Source of the DNA: Eledone cirrhosa
Lineage: Eukaryota
Assembly: GCA_964016885.1 (NCBI GenBank)
Contig: OZ024757.1
Location: 8,990,001-9,054,000 of the forward strand
Reading direction: 5' to 3'
Length of the DNA: 64,000 bases
Positions 15,532 through 27,810 of the stretch are shown here, one piece after another. Within the stretch, counting starts at the first letter, position 1; every line of letters begins with the position of its first letter. The position numbers and the translations under genes are program-made. The notes beneath the pieces were generated by a model. That model did not search any database. It saw only the letters and a list, made by a program, of their open reading frames with translations, and had not been told where the DNA came from.

Positions 15532-17125
15532 CATCATCATAGTTTTACGTCAGTTTTTCAATCCTGGCATGGGTTGGATGGGTTCTTTTAAGCACAACAT
15601 CTCCCCACTTGCTTGTTCCTTCGTCATCTGTGAGTCTCAGCAATTTGAGATCAGCTCTCACCACATCTACCCTCGGCTCCCTCTAGTATGGCTTCCCTTC
15701 TCTGGTTTTCCGTGGCACTTCTTTAACCAGTGATTACCAATTACTTCCTCATTTTATCCAAGCTCTGCCTTCCTCTCACATTTACGTTGCACATCCAACG
15801 AAGCATGGTTGCTCCATTTCTCTCCAGCTTATGCATGTCTTCTGCAGTTACTGCCCATGTTTCACTTCCATGCAATATTGCACTTTACACACAAGCATTG
15901 TACAGCCAACATCTTTGTACGTAGGGAGAAACCTGTATTTGCCAACAGTGGAAGTAGCTCTCTAAACTTCAATCCTATCCTCTCTTACGAGGCACCCTCC
16001 TCTGCTGCTAATTAGGTTACCTAGATAGCGGAAGCTATCATTGTGTACAGTTTATGCCTACTTCTTTCCTACATGCGCAGTAGGGTCACTTATTCTCTAG
16101 TTCTTTTATGGATTCACCTATAGGACTAGATCATTCACATAGACTGTTTCCCGTGAACAGCCAGTCTTAAACCCATTGGTTATGGCCTGGAGAACTATGG
16201 AGAACAGCAGTGGGTTGTGAACTGAACCATGATGAACACCTACCTGTACATTGAATTCCTTACTAAACTCCCTTCCTACACTCACTTTACTGACAGCTCC
16301 TCTGTACATGGCTTGCACTGCTCTCAAAAGCCATTCTCCACCTAATTTTCTGAAGGACCACCAGATAATAGAGTAAGGTACTCTGTCAAACGCCTGTTCT
16401 AGATCTAGGAACCTCTCTTGTAGTTGTGTCACTAACAAGTTTCATCAGCAATTCCAAAGAGAATGTCACTTATATGTGTATGTGTGTTGAACAATGAACA
16501 TAAAACAAAAGTCTAAGATTGCTTCTTAATTTATTCTCTACATTCATCAATCTCTCATAGTAACATTTCCAGGTCTCTTTCTTTTGAGCATCAGTGGTTC
16601 TAAGTGTACCAGTGTCATTTCTAACACACCTTTCCCTGTCTTGCAATGTGGAACACTTCACACCTCTCATTCTCATGTCTCAAGACATTGGCAAACTTTC
16701 TTTTTTCAGCCTCTCTCTGTGTTATGTATACCTGTCTTCTAGCTTCTCTCTTAGCTACCTGGTCCTGGTCTGATGCCCCTATTTTTCCAGTCTTTCCATG
16801 CCTGTCACTTGTCTTTAACCCTTTAGCATTTAAATTGGCCATATCCAGTCAGAATTCTCTCACTTCTTTCTGTTCAAACCGGCTGTAACTCGCTGCTCAT
16901 ATTGATGTTAATGTATTGTCCTCAAAATAAGTAATATCAAAGTCTCATAGATTCAATATTATGTGAGATAAAGACTTTACCATGAAAATATAATAGTAAA
17001 TATAGAGTAATGTAAATGCTACAGGGTTAATAGCTCTATCTACTGTGCTGTTTCACCACTAGGTCTCCCTCTGTCTGACTGGTACTTTGTTCCAGCCACA
17101 AGTCTTATCAATTATTCCAAAGAAA
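15532..17125 (-). mobile_element. Decayed, internally deleted RTE LINE
   Basis: DLEQAFDRVP, VGVHHGSV and KREARRQVY remnants; (GAT)n tail at the left end. Confidence 0.9.
16819..17026. mobile_element. piggyBac-type MITE with TTAA target-site duplication
   Basis: TTAA|CCCTTTAGCATTTA ... TAAATGCTACAGGG|TTAA; the interrupted RTE is continuous across it. Confidence 0.85.
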
Positions 17126-17127
17126 TT

Positions 17128-17444
17128 GTCAATTATATATGTCTGTTTGTGGGTATTGAACATTGAAAATAAAACAAAAGTCTGAGATATGGTTAATTGT
17201 TTTACAATCGTTTCAGAGGGTTGATTGATCATGGTAAATCAATATATTGATACAGTGTGATTGATCAGGGATTTTGAGACTAGAAATAGTTAGTGACATA
17301 ACAACTACCTGTTTGTCAATATATCAATCTACCATGATCAATCAAACCTCTGAAATGATTGTAAAACAATGAACTAATTAAGAACATATCTGTGTCTCTA
17401 GTTTTACTTTCATTGTTCCAAACACACACATATATATAAATGAC
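17128..17444. mobile_element. Fold-back/MITE-like element with long imperfect inverted arms
   Basis: TTGTTTTACAATCGTTTCAGAGGGTTGATTGATCATGGTA versus TACCATGATCAATCAAACCTCTGAAATGATTGTAAAACAA. Confidence 0.7.
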
Positions 17445-17590
17445 TGTAACTCTAGAAGAATCTTTGAAGGAACCTTATGTGATGAGATCCTACTACAAAA
17501 ACTATAACTTTCATCACCCAATCTTGTTGAAACCATCTCTTCAAGGCTGCAATGAGTTCTAACAATGTTATCTTGAATACTAGTATATAT

Positions 17591-19078
17591 ATCATCATTT
17601 TACATCCGTTTTTCCCTGCTTGCAAGGGTGGGACGGGTCCTATTCAGCACAGCAACTCCCCACTTGTCATCTCCTTGGTGAGTTTCAGCGATCTGAGGTC
17701 TTCTCTCACCACCTCCGCCCATGTTCTACGTGGTCTACCTCTTCTGCATCTTCCTACTAGTGGGATTATTTGGCACTTCTTTACCCAGTGGTCACATGTC
17801 CATACCATCTCAGTCTTCTCTCCTGCACACCACAACCTATCCCTCTTATACCCAGTTTCTTCATCAACTCATCTATGCTTGTTCGTTCACACACATTGAC
17901 ATTGCACATCCAACGGAGCATGCTTGCTTCTCTCCAGCCTTCACATCTTTTGCAGTTGCTGCCCATGTCTTACTACCATGTAGCATCGCACATTTCACAC
18001 AGGCATCATATAACCATCCTTTCGTATGCTGGGAGAAACCCTTCTTTGTCAACAGAGAAAGCAGCTCCCTCAACTTCTTCCAACCTGTCCTTTTTCTAGA
18101 TACTATGGCCTCGGAACACCCCTCCCATGCTAATCTGATCACCTAGGTACCGGAAGCTATCAACCACATCTCTAGAACCCACCTGTATTTGAAAAATGTG
18201 TTTATCACTGCGATTACTACTGCCAACTTTCCCTATACATCTACTGCATACATAGTTATCCCTACCTGTTGGTTTGCCTGCTATTCCACTACATCTCTTG
18301 TGTACCCAACATCTAAATTGCGTACATTTTATGGAATTTATGCCAGTTCCTTTCCCACATATCGAACATGGCCATTTCCATGATGGAATCAGAGTTTTGT
18401 CCTCTTTTCTACTCATCAACACTTTTGTTTAAGCTATGTTCATTCTCAGGCCTCTTGATTCCAACTGCTATTTCCATAGACAGAATTTATTCTCTAACCC
18501 CTCTACTGATTCAATGATTCTGCTATAAGAACCAGATCATCAGCATAGAGAAGTTCCCATGGGCATCCAGTCTTAAACTCCTCTGTTATGGCTTTTAGGC
18601 CTATAACGAACAAGAGTGGGCTGAGGACCGAACCTTGACGCACACCTACTTGTATCTGGAATTCCTCACTAAACTCCATTCCTACCCTCACTTTACTGAC
18701 AGCACCCCTGTACATAGCTAGCACTGTCCTCACAAGCCATTCCTCTACACCTAGTTTCCTTAGGGACCACCAGATGACAGATCAGGGTACCCTATCAAAA
18801 GCCCTCTCTAGGTCAACAAAAGATATGTATAGTGACTTATTCTTCTCTAAGAACCTCTCTTGTAGTTGCCTCACTATGAAGAGGGTTTCTGTTGTACTTT
18901 TACCGAGGCACAAAACCAAACTGCATCTCATCTAAATTGACCCTTTCTCTAATCAGCTGCGCTAATATTCTCTCTGCCACTTTCATAACCTGATCCATCA
19001 GCTTTATGCCCCTATAATTGCTCCTCTCTAGAGCATCCCCTTTACCTTTGTAGCAATTTATAAGAATACTGCTGTACC
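17591..19078 (-). mobile_element. 5'-truncated RTE LINE (family 1), disrupted
   Basis: QGSVLSPLLF, LLYADDLVL, PHD-like Cys cluster; same 3' end as 27811. Confidence 0.95.
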
Positions 19079-19130
19079 TACATTATATGCTTTCATTATA
19101 CCATTCTACTTAGATTATATATATTGCTTG

Positions 19131-19597
19131 TCATCATCATCATCGTTTAACGTCTACCTTCCACGCTGGCATGGGTTTAGATGGGAATTGTCCCACTTGA
19201 GGCAAGATTGGTCGGGTGACCGTATCTCACTTCTATAGGACTAGATGGCGGGTTTTCTATGGCTGGATATCCTTCCTAACACCAACCACGTTTACAGTGT
19301 GGACTGGGAGGTTTTTACCATGTTACCTACAAGGCCACATTACAGCGTGGACTGTGTGTTTTTTTGTCGTGACACCTACACAATCTCATTTATTTAGGAC
19401 TGGATGTTGTGGTACCAACATAACTTTACAGAGATAGGGTGGTGTTGATGGGGGTGGGGGTTGGATAGTGGGATGGGGGTGTATATTTGGTTAAGAAGTG
19501 CCTACTGACTGTAGGTTTCGCTTTGTACATAGGCAAGGCGGATCTTCTGTATTACTGAGTAGCGCCAAAGATCTCAGTCCAGTGACATTGTCTTAAT
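19131..19597 (-). mobile_element. RTE 3' UTR fragment (family 3)
   Basis: Homologous to 39547-39970; (GAT)n tail. Confidence 0.85.
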
Positions 19598-19794
19598 GTA
19601 TATATATATATATATACACACACAATTATATATATATAAATATAGATATATATATTGTTATACTTTGGGAGGGTCATGTTGCCAATAAGAAACACACGCA
19701 CCAGTTGCTTTCACTTCAATTTATTATATATTTATAAATTTATTTATAAATATATTTATAAATATATTTATAAATATATTTATAAATTTATAAA

Positions 19795-20466
19795 TTGGAA
19801 AAAATGGTAAATAATGACATAAATGGGTCCTGCCCCTTGTATAGGAGCACATTTTGGAATAGAATAGAAAGAACTAGGAACAAGGCCAATAGAATAAACT
19901 CATGGTATGATAGCAATAAATACCAGAGTGTAATGTTCATCAATACAACTCCTAGAGGCGAACTAGCCTACAAATTTAGAAGGGCCCTAAATAAACATAA
20001 ACTCAATATTAAGATAGTAGAAAGACCAGGTACCTCCGTAAAAACACTTATTAGCAAGACATACCCGTTCCAAAGACCCTCATGCATAGATAAGAAATGT
20101 ATAACCTGTAAAATAAGCCCCCATATTAACTGTAAAACTAGAAATGTAGTGTATAGCATAAGATGTACTGAAGGACAATGTAGAAACAAAAATATAGTGT
20201 ACATAGGTGAGACAGCTCGTAGTATAGGGGAACGGATAAATGAACACTGGCGAGACCTTCAAGATAATAAAGAATCATCTGTACTCTACCAACATGCTAA
20301 GATAGAACACAAGGGTAAATTAGAGAACATAGAAATAAAAATAGAATCCACACACAGAAAAGATGCAATGTTTAGGCAAATTACAGAGGCAGTAAGCATA
20401 AAAGAATTACAACCAAAATTAAATAGAAAATATGAGTGGAACAGCATCATCACAACTTACAATTAA
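19795..20466 (+). CDS. Penelope-like element C-terminus: Cys-rich linker plus GIY-YIG endonuclease (RT missing)
   Basis: NVVYSIRC..C..IVYIGETARSIGERINEH..SVLYQH..EH..RQITEAVSI..LNRKYEW; the supplied start is a TTG at the truncation point. Confidence 0.92.
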   Translation: MEKMVNNDINGSCPLYRSTFWNRIERTRNKANRINSWYDSNKYQSVMFINTTPRGELAYKFRRALNKHKLNIKIVERPGTSVKTLISKTYPFQRPSCIDKKCITCKISPHINCKTRNVVYSIRCTEGQCRNKNIVYIGETARSIGERINEHWRDLQDNKESSVLYQHAKIEHKGKLENIEIKIESTHRKDAMFRQITEAVSIKELQPKLNRKYEWNSIITTYN

Positions 20467-20670
20467 GGACAAAATGAAAACACACACACACATAGAACAA
20501 ACAACCAACCAATAACATGTAAATAAATAAACAAATAGATAAATGAACACAAACACACACAGACACCCGGATGTGGCGCATGCCCAAACTGAGCACACAA
20601 CACACACACAGAAACAAAATGGCATAGGACAGAAGAAAGGAAAGGCACAGAAACAAAGAAAGGAATCCCC

Positions 20671-20715
20671 AGTCACTAAAGAGGTCACAGAGTGTGTGAC
20701 GAAAGGACTATGACT
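20671..20715 (+). ncRNA. Penelope LTR hammerhead with G5A core mutation
   Basis: AGTCA-CTAAAGA-G-GTCACA-GAGTG-TGTGAC-GAAA-GGAC-TA-TGACT. Confidence 0.8.
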
Positions 20716-20933
20716 ATATATAAACAACTATCTGGTTGTGGAACCAACCAACCAACCAGAAACTTATAAGTTTGTAGATTTGTAAATTTATAAATTTATA
20801 AATATATAATAAATTGAAGTGAAAGCAACTGGTGCGTGTGTTTCTTATTGGCAACATGACCCTCCCAAAGTATAACAATATCGGTTTCAACACACAATTT
20901 CAGATAAAGAATCTTGCTAAACAAATTCAGAAA

Positions 20934-20981
<48 letters not shown>

Positions 20982-21004
20982 TAAACTGTTTATATACACG
21001 CATT

Positions 21005-21640
21005 ATTCAACCTGCCCTTTGTTTTGAGGAAAAAGCCTTTAGTAAGTTGCCATGGTAGTAGCATCCTGAACCTTTTCCATTCCATGTTCACTCAGGCTGC
21101 TCTACTTTCAGAACACCCACCTCCACTGATGATATCATCACCCAGGTAACAGAAGCTGTCTACCTCTTCTATGTGACCCACCAACAGTTTGTTAGGGCTT
21201 GTTTCCTGTGAAGGCATGTGGCTGAGTGGTTAGAGAATTGGATTCGCAATCGTGAGGTTGTGAGTTCGATTCACTGACCGGGTGATGCGTTATATCCTTG
21301 AGCAAGACATTTTATTTTACATTGCTCCTTCTACCTGGAGTTGTGACCGACAGATAGTATTAGCAATTGGAAAGACCAATGGAAACATTGTTTCCTCGGT
21401 CAAATTTGACGAGAGTCAATCGTTGCTTCCTGTGAATGTTTGCTGCTTACTGCTCCTGTGCAATGGCCACATGTAAAACCTATATTCTTAGCTAACTTAC
21501 CTGAGATCCCACTACATCTCTTGTGTACCCATTGTTTGTATTTTGGACAGAGAATGGAATTTCTACCTACACCTTTCTAGCACACAGAGCAAGGCGATTT
21601 TTCTGAGGGTATCAGGGCTCTGTTTTCCCTTCTACTGATA
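21005..21640 (-). mobile_element. RTE fragments interrupted by a plus-strand tRNA-CORE SINE (about 21210-21430)
   Basis: VDSFCYLGD and WVHKRCSG remnants; SINE head GGCTGAGTGGTTAGAG..GAGTTCGATTC. Confidence 0.75.
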
Positions 21641-22421
21641 ATTGGCTGGCTAACCCAGACATAGTCCTAAACAAATGAAACACTGGTGGAGTCGTAGGGG
21701 TACTCTAAGTGACATACAGTATTTCTCGGGCATATTTTAAAACCTGATGGAGCCCATCACCTCTCTCGTCTGAACACAATTGAGATCTGAATCAAATTTC
21801 AAGTGAAATCAGATATTGTATGGATTCATATAGACTCATAACTCCTGGTCTAAACACAGCCGATTTCTCCCAGAGAAAGATAGAAAAGAAGTAAGAAAAA
21901 GATATAGAGGAACAATTGACTCCTACTAATAAAAAGATGGAAGTTAAACTGGTGTTGACATGTCACCAGGAGAGGAGATGATTGCTATATTAGAGAGTCC
22001 TATCAGAATGAATTTTTCACTAAACTGCCATAGAGCAGACCTCTCTAGATATAGAAGGATAACATTTATAGAGAATGCTGGAATACTACTGTTTGCATTG
22101 GAGAGAATTACTCTGGACAGGAAAGTTGATATCTACAGTTTACCAATATAGAAATATAAAATTTCCACTGTTAAATCTATCTCTGCTTCTTAAGTATTCT
22201 GTATTATCTCATACTGTTTCTTTCTTATTACAGAATACCAGATCACATTGGGATAAATTATTATTTTCAATCTCGGATACATCACCTCTATTTATCATCA
22301 TTTGAAGACTATTAACTGAAATCACATTTGAGGGAAATATAGAAGATATATTTTTTAGGAATATAATCTAAAAAGAATTACAAGTAAAACATTTGTATAT
22401 TCGGTTGAAGAAAAAATTATT

Positions 22422-24020
22422 ATGGAAAATAAATTGAGTGAAAAGGTTAAATGCGAAACACAATCGAAAATGTTTAGTATTCCTGGTGAGATGACAAAGG
22501 TTGGAGAAAAGAAGCCATATCACTACAGTATCTGTGCTAAATCATTCATTAAACGTACCTTAACTACTCACAAAGTTATACATACGGGAGACATACCATA
22601 TCACTGTAATATCTGTGCTAAATCATTCTCTGGGAAAAGTAGCCTAACTAGTCACAGCCATTTACCTACAGATGAGAAGCCATATCGCTGTGAGATCTGT
22701 GGTAAATCATTCTCTCAAAGTAGTCACTTAACTAGACATAAACGTATACATACAGGACACAGGACATATCACTGTGACATCTGTGGTAAATCATTCAATA
22801 AAAGTAGTACCTTAACTACACACAAACGTTCCCATACAGGAGACAAGTCATACCACTGTGACATCTGTGGTAAATCATTCTCTGTAAGTGGTAACTTAAC
22901 TAGCCATAAACGTACCCACACAGGTGACAAACCATACCACTGTGATATCTGTGGTGAATCATTCTCTCAACATAGTACCTTAACTACGCACAAACATATA
23001 CATACAGGAGACAAGCCATATCACTGTAACATCTGTGGTAAATCATTCTCTGCATGTAATACCTTAACTAGCCACAAACATATACATACAGGAGACAAGC
23101 CATATCACTGTGATATATGTGGTAAATCTTTCTCTGCATGTAATACCTTAACTAGACACATACGTACCCATACAGGAGACAAGCCATATCACTGTGATAT
23201 CTGTGGCAAATCATTCTCTCAAAGTGGTCACTTAACTTTACACAAACGTATACATACAGGAGACAAGCCATATCACTGTGGTATCTGTGGTAAATCATTC
23301 TCTCAAAGTAGTACCTTGACTACGCACAAACATATGCATACAGGAAACAAGCCATATCACTGTGACATCTGTGGTAAATCATTCTCTGCATGTAATACCT
23401 TAACTAGACACAAACATATACATACAGCAGACAAGCCATATCACTGTGATATCTGTGGTAAAACATTCTCTGAAAGTAATGCCTTAACTAGCCACAAACA
23501 TATACATACAGGAGACAAGCCATATCACTGTGATATATGTGGTAAATCTTTCTTTCGAAGTAGTCACTTAACGAGACACATACGTACTCATACAGGAGAC
23601 AAGCCATATCACTATGATATCTGTGGCAAATCATTCTCTCAAAGTGATCACTTAACTTTACACAAACGAATACATACAGGTGAGAAGCCATATCACTGTG
23701 ATATCTGTGGTAAAACATTCTCTGAAAGTAATGCCTTAATTAGCCACAAACATATACATACAGGAGACAAGCCATATCACTGTGATATATGTGGTAAATC
23801 TTTCTCTCAAAGTAGTCACTTAACGAGACACATACGTACCCATACAGGAGACAAGCCATATCACTGTGATATCTGTGGTAAATCATTCTCTCTAAGTGGT
23901 ACCTTAACTAGCCACAAAAGTACCCATACAGGAGACAAGCCATACCACTGTGATATATCACTCTCTGGAAAAAGTAGCCTAACTACTCACAAACTCATAC
24001 ATGCAGAGGAGAAATCCTAA
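22422..24020 (+). CDS. Tandem C2H2 zinc-finger protein, 532 aa (14 intact and 4 degenerate fingers), single coding exon, no KRAB/ZAD domain visible
   Basis: Repeated [11 protein letters not shown]...LT.H.R.HTGDKP; candidate splice acceptor TTTCTTATTACAG at 22233; AATAAA at 25182. Confidence 0.95.
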   Translation: MENKLSEKVKCETQSKMFSIPGEMTKVGEKKPYHYSICAKSFIKRTLTTHKVIHTGDIPYHCNICAKSFSGKSSLTSHSHLPTDEKPYRCEICGKSFSQSSHLTRHKRIHTGHRTYHCDICGKSFNKSSTLTTHKRSHTGDKSYHCDICGKSFSVSGNLTSHKRTHTGDKPYHCDICGESFSQHSTLTTHKHIHTGDKPYHCNICGKSFSACNTLTSHKHIHTGDKPYHCDICGKSFSACNTLTRHIRTHTGDKPYHCDICGKSFSQSGHLTLHKRIHTGDKPYHCGICGKSFSQSSTLTTHKHMHTGNKPYHCDICGKSFSACNTLTRHKHIHTADKPYHCDICGKTFSESNALTSHKHIHTGDKPYHCDICGKSFFRSSHLTRHIRTHTGDKPYHYDICGKSFSQSDHLTLHKRIHTGEKPYHCDICGKTFSESNALISHKHIHTGDKPYHCDICGKSFSQSSHLTRHIRTHTGDKPYHCDICGKSFSLSGTLTSHKSTHTGDKPYHCDISLSGKSSLTTHKLIHAEEKS

Positions 24021-24309
24021 CGCATTGACATCAGTGATAAATCCTCTCAAAATTGTGAATTAATGAGAATACAAATATATATCAGTGTAATATCTATGGT
24101 AAATCATTCTCTTTCAATGCTACATTAACCTCACACAAACATATACAGGTGGGAAGCCATATCACTTTGATATGTTTGGAAAATATATCTTATATATAAT
24201 TATATCCTATTCAGCAAAGCATCTCTTCACTTGTCACGGTCCTTTGTCATCTCCACCGTGAGCTTCAAACGTCACCTCCACCCATGTAAATCAATTTCTA
24301 ATTTTGGTT

Positions 24310-25080
24310 TCACTACACACTAACATACAGGAGAGGAACTATATCACTTTGATGTCTGTGGTAAATAATTCTCTAAATGTTGTGGCTTCCCTACACACTA
24401 ACATACAGGAGAGGAACTATATCACTTTGATGTCTGTGGTAAATAATTCTCTAAATGTTGTGGCTTCCCTACACACTAACATACAGGAGAGGAACTATAT
24501 CACTTTGATGTCTGTGGTAAATAATTCTCTAAATGTTGTGGCTTCCCTACACACTAACATACAGGAGAGGAACTATATCACTTTGATGTCTGTGGTAAAT
24601 AATTCTCTAAATGTTGTGGCTTCCCTACACACTAACATACAGGAGAGGAACTATATCACTTTGATGTCTGTGGTAAATAATTCTCTAAATGTTGTGGCTT
24701 CCCTACACACTAACATATACAGGAGAGAAACCATATCACTGTGATGTCTGTGGTAAATAATTCTCTAAATGTTGTGGCTTCCCTACACACTAACATATAC
24801 AGGAGAGGAACCATATCACTGTGATGTCTGTGGTAAATCCTTCTCTATATGTTGTGGCTTCCCTACACACTAACATATACAGGAGAGGAACCATATCACT
24901 GTGATGTCTGTGGTAAATCCTTCTCTATATGTTGTGGCTTTACTACACACTAACACATACAAGAGAGGAACCATATCACTGTGGTGTCTGTGATAAATCC
25001 TTCTCTATATGTTGTGGCTTCACTACACTCTAACACATACAAGAGAGGAACCATATCACTGTGGTGTCTGTGATAAATAA
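24310..25080 (+). repeat. 78-80 bp minisatellite derived from a degenerate zinc-finger unit (about 9-10 copies)
   Basis: Unit contains ACAGGAGAGGAACCATATCACTGTGATGTCTGTGGTAAATCCTTCTCT (TGEEPYHCDVCGKSFS). Confidence 0.92.
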
Positions 25081-25356
25081 TTCACTTGTAAAGGTTACAT
25101 GATGCAACACAAACACAATTAGACAAGATAAAAACCATGTCACTCACCTAAAATAGTGCCACCAATGTTGTTAATATTTTGAATAAAGCTGTTTTACTAA
25201 GAAATTATTCTCCTTTCGTTTTATTTGTAGAAGTTGTAACCAAGACTTGTGCTGACAAAACTGTATTGTTCAGAATTGACATATGCTATATATATGTGAA
25301 TGTATGTGTGTAGAAATTTGTGTCCATGTATATGTTTGTATATAAGTATGTGCATA

Positions 25357-25699
25357 TCATCATCATCATCTTCATCATTTTGCGTCAGCTTTTCCCTGCT
25401 TGCAAGGGTGGGACTGAACTGATTCTGGCTTGATTTCTACAGCTGGATGCCCTTCCTAACACCAACCTCATTTACAGAGAGTGCTGGGTGCTTTTTTGCC
25501 GTGGCACCTCCACGACCACTTTGCAGTGGAATGATATGAACCCCAGTCCCTATCATCTCATTTCTACAGCTTAGTAAACTGGAGCAATGTGAAATAAAGT
25601 GTCTTGCTCAAGGAAACAACACATCACACGGTCTGAGAATTGAACTCACAACCTTTCGATTGCAAGGCCAATGCTCTAACCACTAAGCCATGTGCCTCC
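25357..25699 (-). mobile_element. tRNA-derived CORE SINE with RTE-derived body and tail
   Basis: A/B boxes, CCTTGAGCAAGACACTT core, CCCACCCTTGCAAGCAGGGAAAAG(GAT)n tail. Confidence 0.9.
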
Positions 25700-25754
25700 A
25701 CTGTGCATATCTGTATTTGATTTATTTATTATGTATGTGTGTATATGTACATCA

Positions 25755-26280
25755 ACTTCATCAACATCATCACTGTTTTTATGTTCGTTTTTCTATGCTT
25801 CCTTGGGTTGGACATGTCCTTCTCAACATGGCATCTTTCAACTTGTCGTGTTCCTTTGTCATCTCCTCTGTGAGAGTCAGTTATTTGAAGTCAGTTCACA
25901 CAGCCTCTGTCCAGGTCTTTCTTGGTCTACCTCTACTATGGCTTCCTCCTACTGGGATGTCCTGGCACTTCTTCACCCAGCTGTCATTATCCATGTGTAT
26001 CACATGTCCATACCAATGCAGTCTTCTCTCTTACACATCTCTTAAGTTCCCTCTTACACCCAGCTTCTTCTTGAACTTGTCCAAACTCTGCCTTTCTCTC
26101 ACACTTAAATGGTACATCCAATGAAGCATGGTTGCTTCATTTCTCTCCAGTCTACACTTTATTTCTGCTGTCACAGCCCTTGTTTCACTACCATGCAGCA
26201 TCATATTTTATTGGCAGGTGTTATACAGTCATCCTCCACTGCTAATTAAGTCAGAGAAGCTATCAACCACTTCAATGTGT
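25755..26280 (-). mobile_element. RTE 3' fragment; a CORE-SINE head fragment lies at 26563-26673
   Basis: RRLHWYGHV..GRPRKTW remnants. Confidence 0.85.
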
Positions 26281-26692
26281 GTATAATTACATGTGTATCT
26301 TTATGTGTTTGTGTATATATGTGTATACATCTGCATAGATTTGCAGTATATGATACAGCCGGGAGAACATCTCATATTATCTGGGTCCTTCTAGCAGATC
26401 CAGCAAGTGACACATATATATATATATTATATATATATGTATAATATATATATATACATATATCGTCAGTCGATCAACTTTCGTCAAATTGGGCCGAAGA
26501 AACAATGTTTCCATTGGTCTTTCCAATTGCTAATACTATCTATTGGTCACAACTCCAGGTAGAAGGAGCAACGTGAAATAAAGTGTCTTGCTCAAGGACA
26601 TAACACATCACCCGGTCCGAGAATTGAACTCACAATCTTTCAATTACAAGCCCAATGTTCTAACCACTAAGCCATATATATTATATATATTA

Positions 26693-26861
26693 CTAGCAGA
26701 ATGGCCAGGAGATCGCTAAATGGCCTAATGCGGTCCCTAGAGCATTGAAAATTTGAAATTTTTCTTCTCAAAACACTCACAGGACTATACATATTACATG
26801 TCTAAAGTTTAAAGACAATCGGTTGGGTGGTTCTTCAGTTTTAGGCATTCTCTATTTTAGA
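26693..26861 (-). mobile_element. 169-bp mini-Helitron
   Basis: Minus strand A|TCTAAAATAGAG...TCTGCTAG|T: TC and CTAG termini inserted between A and T. Confidence 0.7.
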
Positions 26862-26863
26862 TA

Positions 26864-27450
26864 TCATCATCATCATCATCATCACTGTTTTACGTCCGTT
26901 CTTCCACGTTAGCATGGGTTAGACGGGTTGTCCTGTTCTGGGCAGTGTCTGGTCGGCTGACTATGCTTGCTCATAAAGGAACTGATTTGGCTTGATTTCT
27001 ACAGCTGGATGCCCTTCCTAACACCAACCTCAATTACAGTGAGTGCTGGGTGCTTTTTCGTGGCGCTTACACGTCCACTTTACAGTGTGGGCTGGGTGCT
27101 TTTTTGTCGTGGCACCTCCACGACCACCTTGCAGTGGGGAGTGTGGGGGAATATTGTCTATATGCTTCAGCTTGTACCCATGGGAGGTCGGGTACTCTGT
27201 ATTACTGCGTGACGCCAGAGGTCACGGTCGTGTGTCATCGCCTTTGAGAGGTGTAATTGGGTAAGGTTGGGTTTTATCTCCTCATCCCAGGTCATCTTGG
27301 GTCTCCCCACTCCGCGGCTTCCATTGACTTCTAGTGCTCTGCACCTTTTTATGCAGCTGTCATCCTTCATACGCATCACATGTCCATACCAATGCAACCG
27401 CCTCTCCTGCATACAGCATTTGATTCCTCTTATACTCAGTCTCTCTCTCA
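26864..27450 (-). mobile_element. RTE family 2 3' fragment; an inverted partner fragment lies at 27541-27763 on the plus strand
   Basis: QERRLHWYGHVMRM..GRPKMTW; nearly identical to 53600-54178. Confidence 0.93.
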
Positions 27451-27810
27451 GATATATATATTATATTATATATATATGTTATATATATTATATGATATAT
27501 ATATATATGTTATATATATATATTATATATATATATCAACCCACACTATAAAGTGGACATGTAGGCACCACGGAAGAAAAGTACCCAGCACTCACTGTAA
27601 ATAAGGTTGGTGTTAGGAAGGGCATCCATCTGTAGAAATCAAGCCAAAATAAGTTCCCATATGAGCAAGACAAGGTCAGCCAACCGGACACTGCCCACAA
27701 CAGGACAACCCGTCAAACCCATGCTAGCATAGAAGAACGGACGTAAAACAGTGATGATGATGATATATATATGTGGAACACGGACGTTAAACGATGATGA
27801 TGATGATATA

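Larger units (their letters stand above)
19653..20880 (+). mobile_element. 5'-truncated Penelope-like element with inverted pseudo-LTR
   Basis: About 90-bp inverted repeats 19653-19743 / 20790-20880 enclosing a GIY-YIG ORF and a hammerhead. Confidence 0.9.

Noticed and set aside
20467-20670. SECIS element in the Penelope 3' UTR, as in selenoprotein-encoding Naiads
   Set aside because: No convincing AUGA/GA helix and no in-frame TGA in the surviving ORF
24304-24744. 146-aa repeat ORF as a real gene
   Set aside because: TTG start; a by-product of the 78-bp ZNF-derived minisatellite
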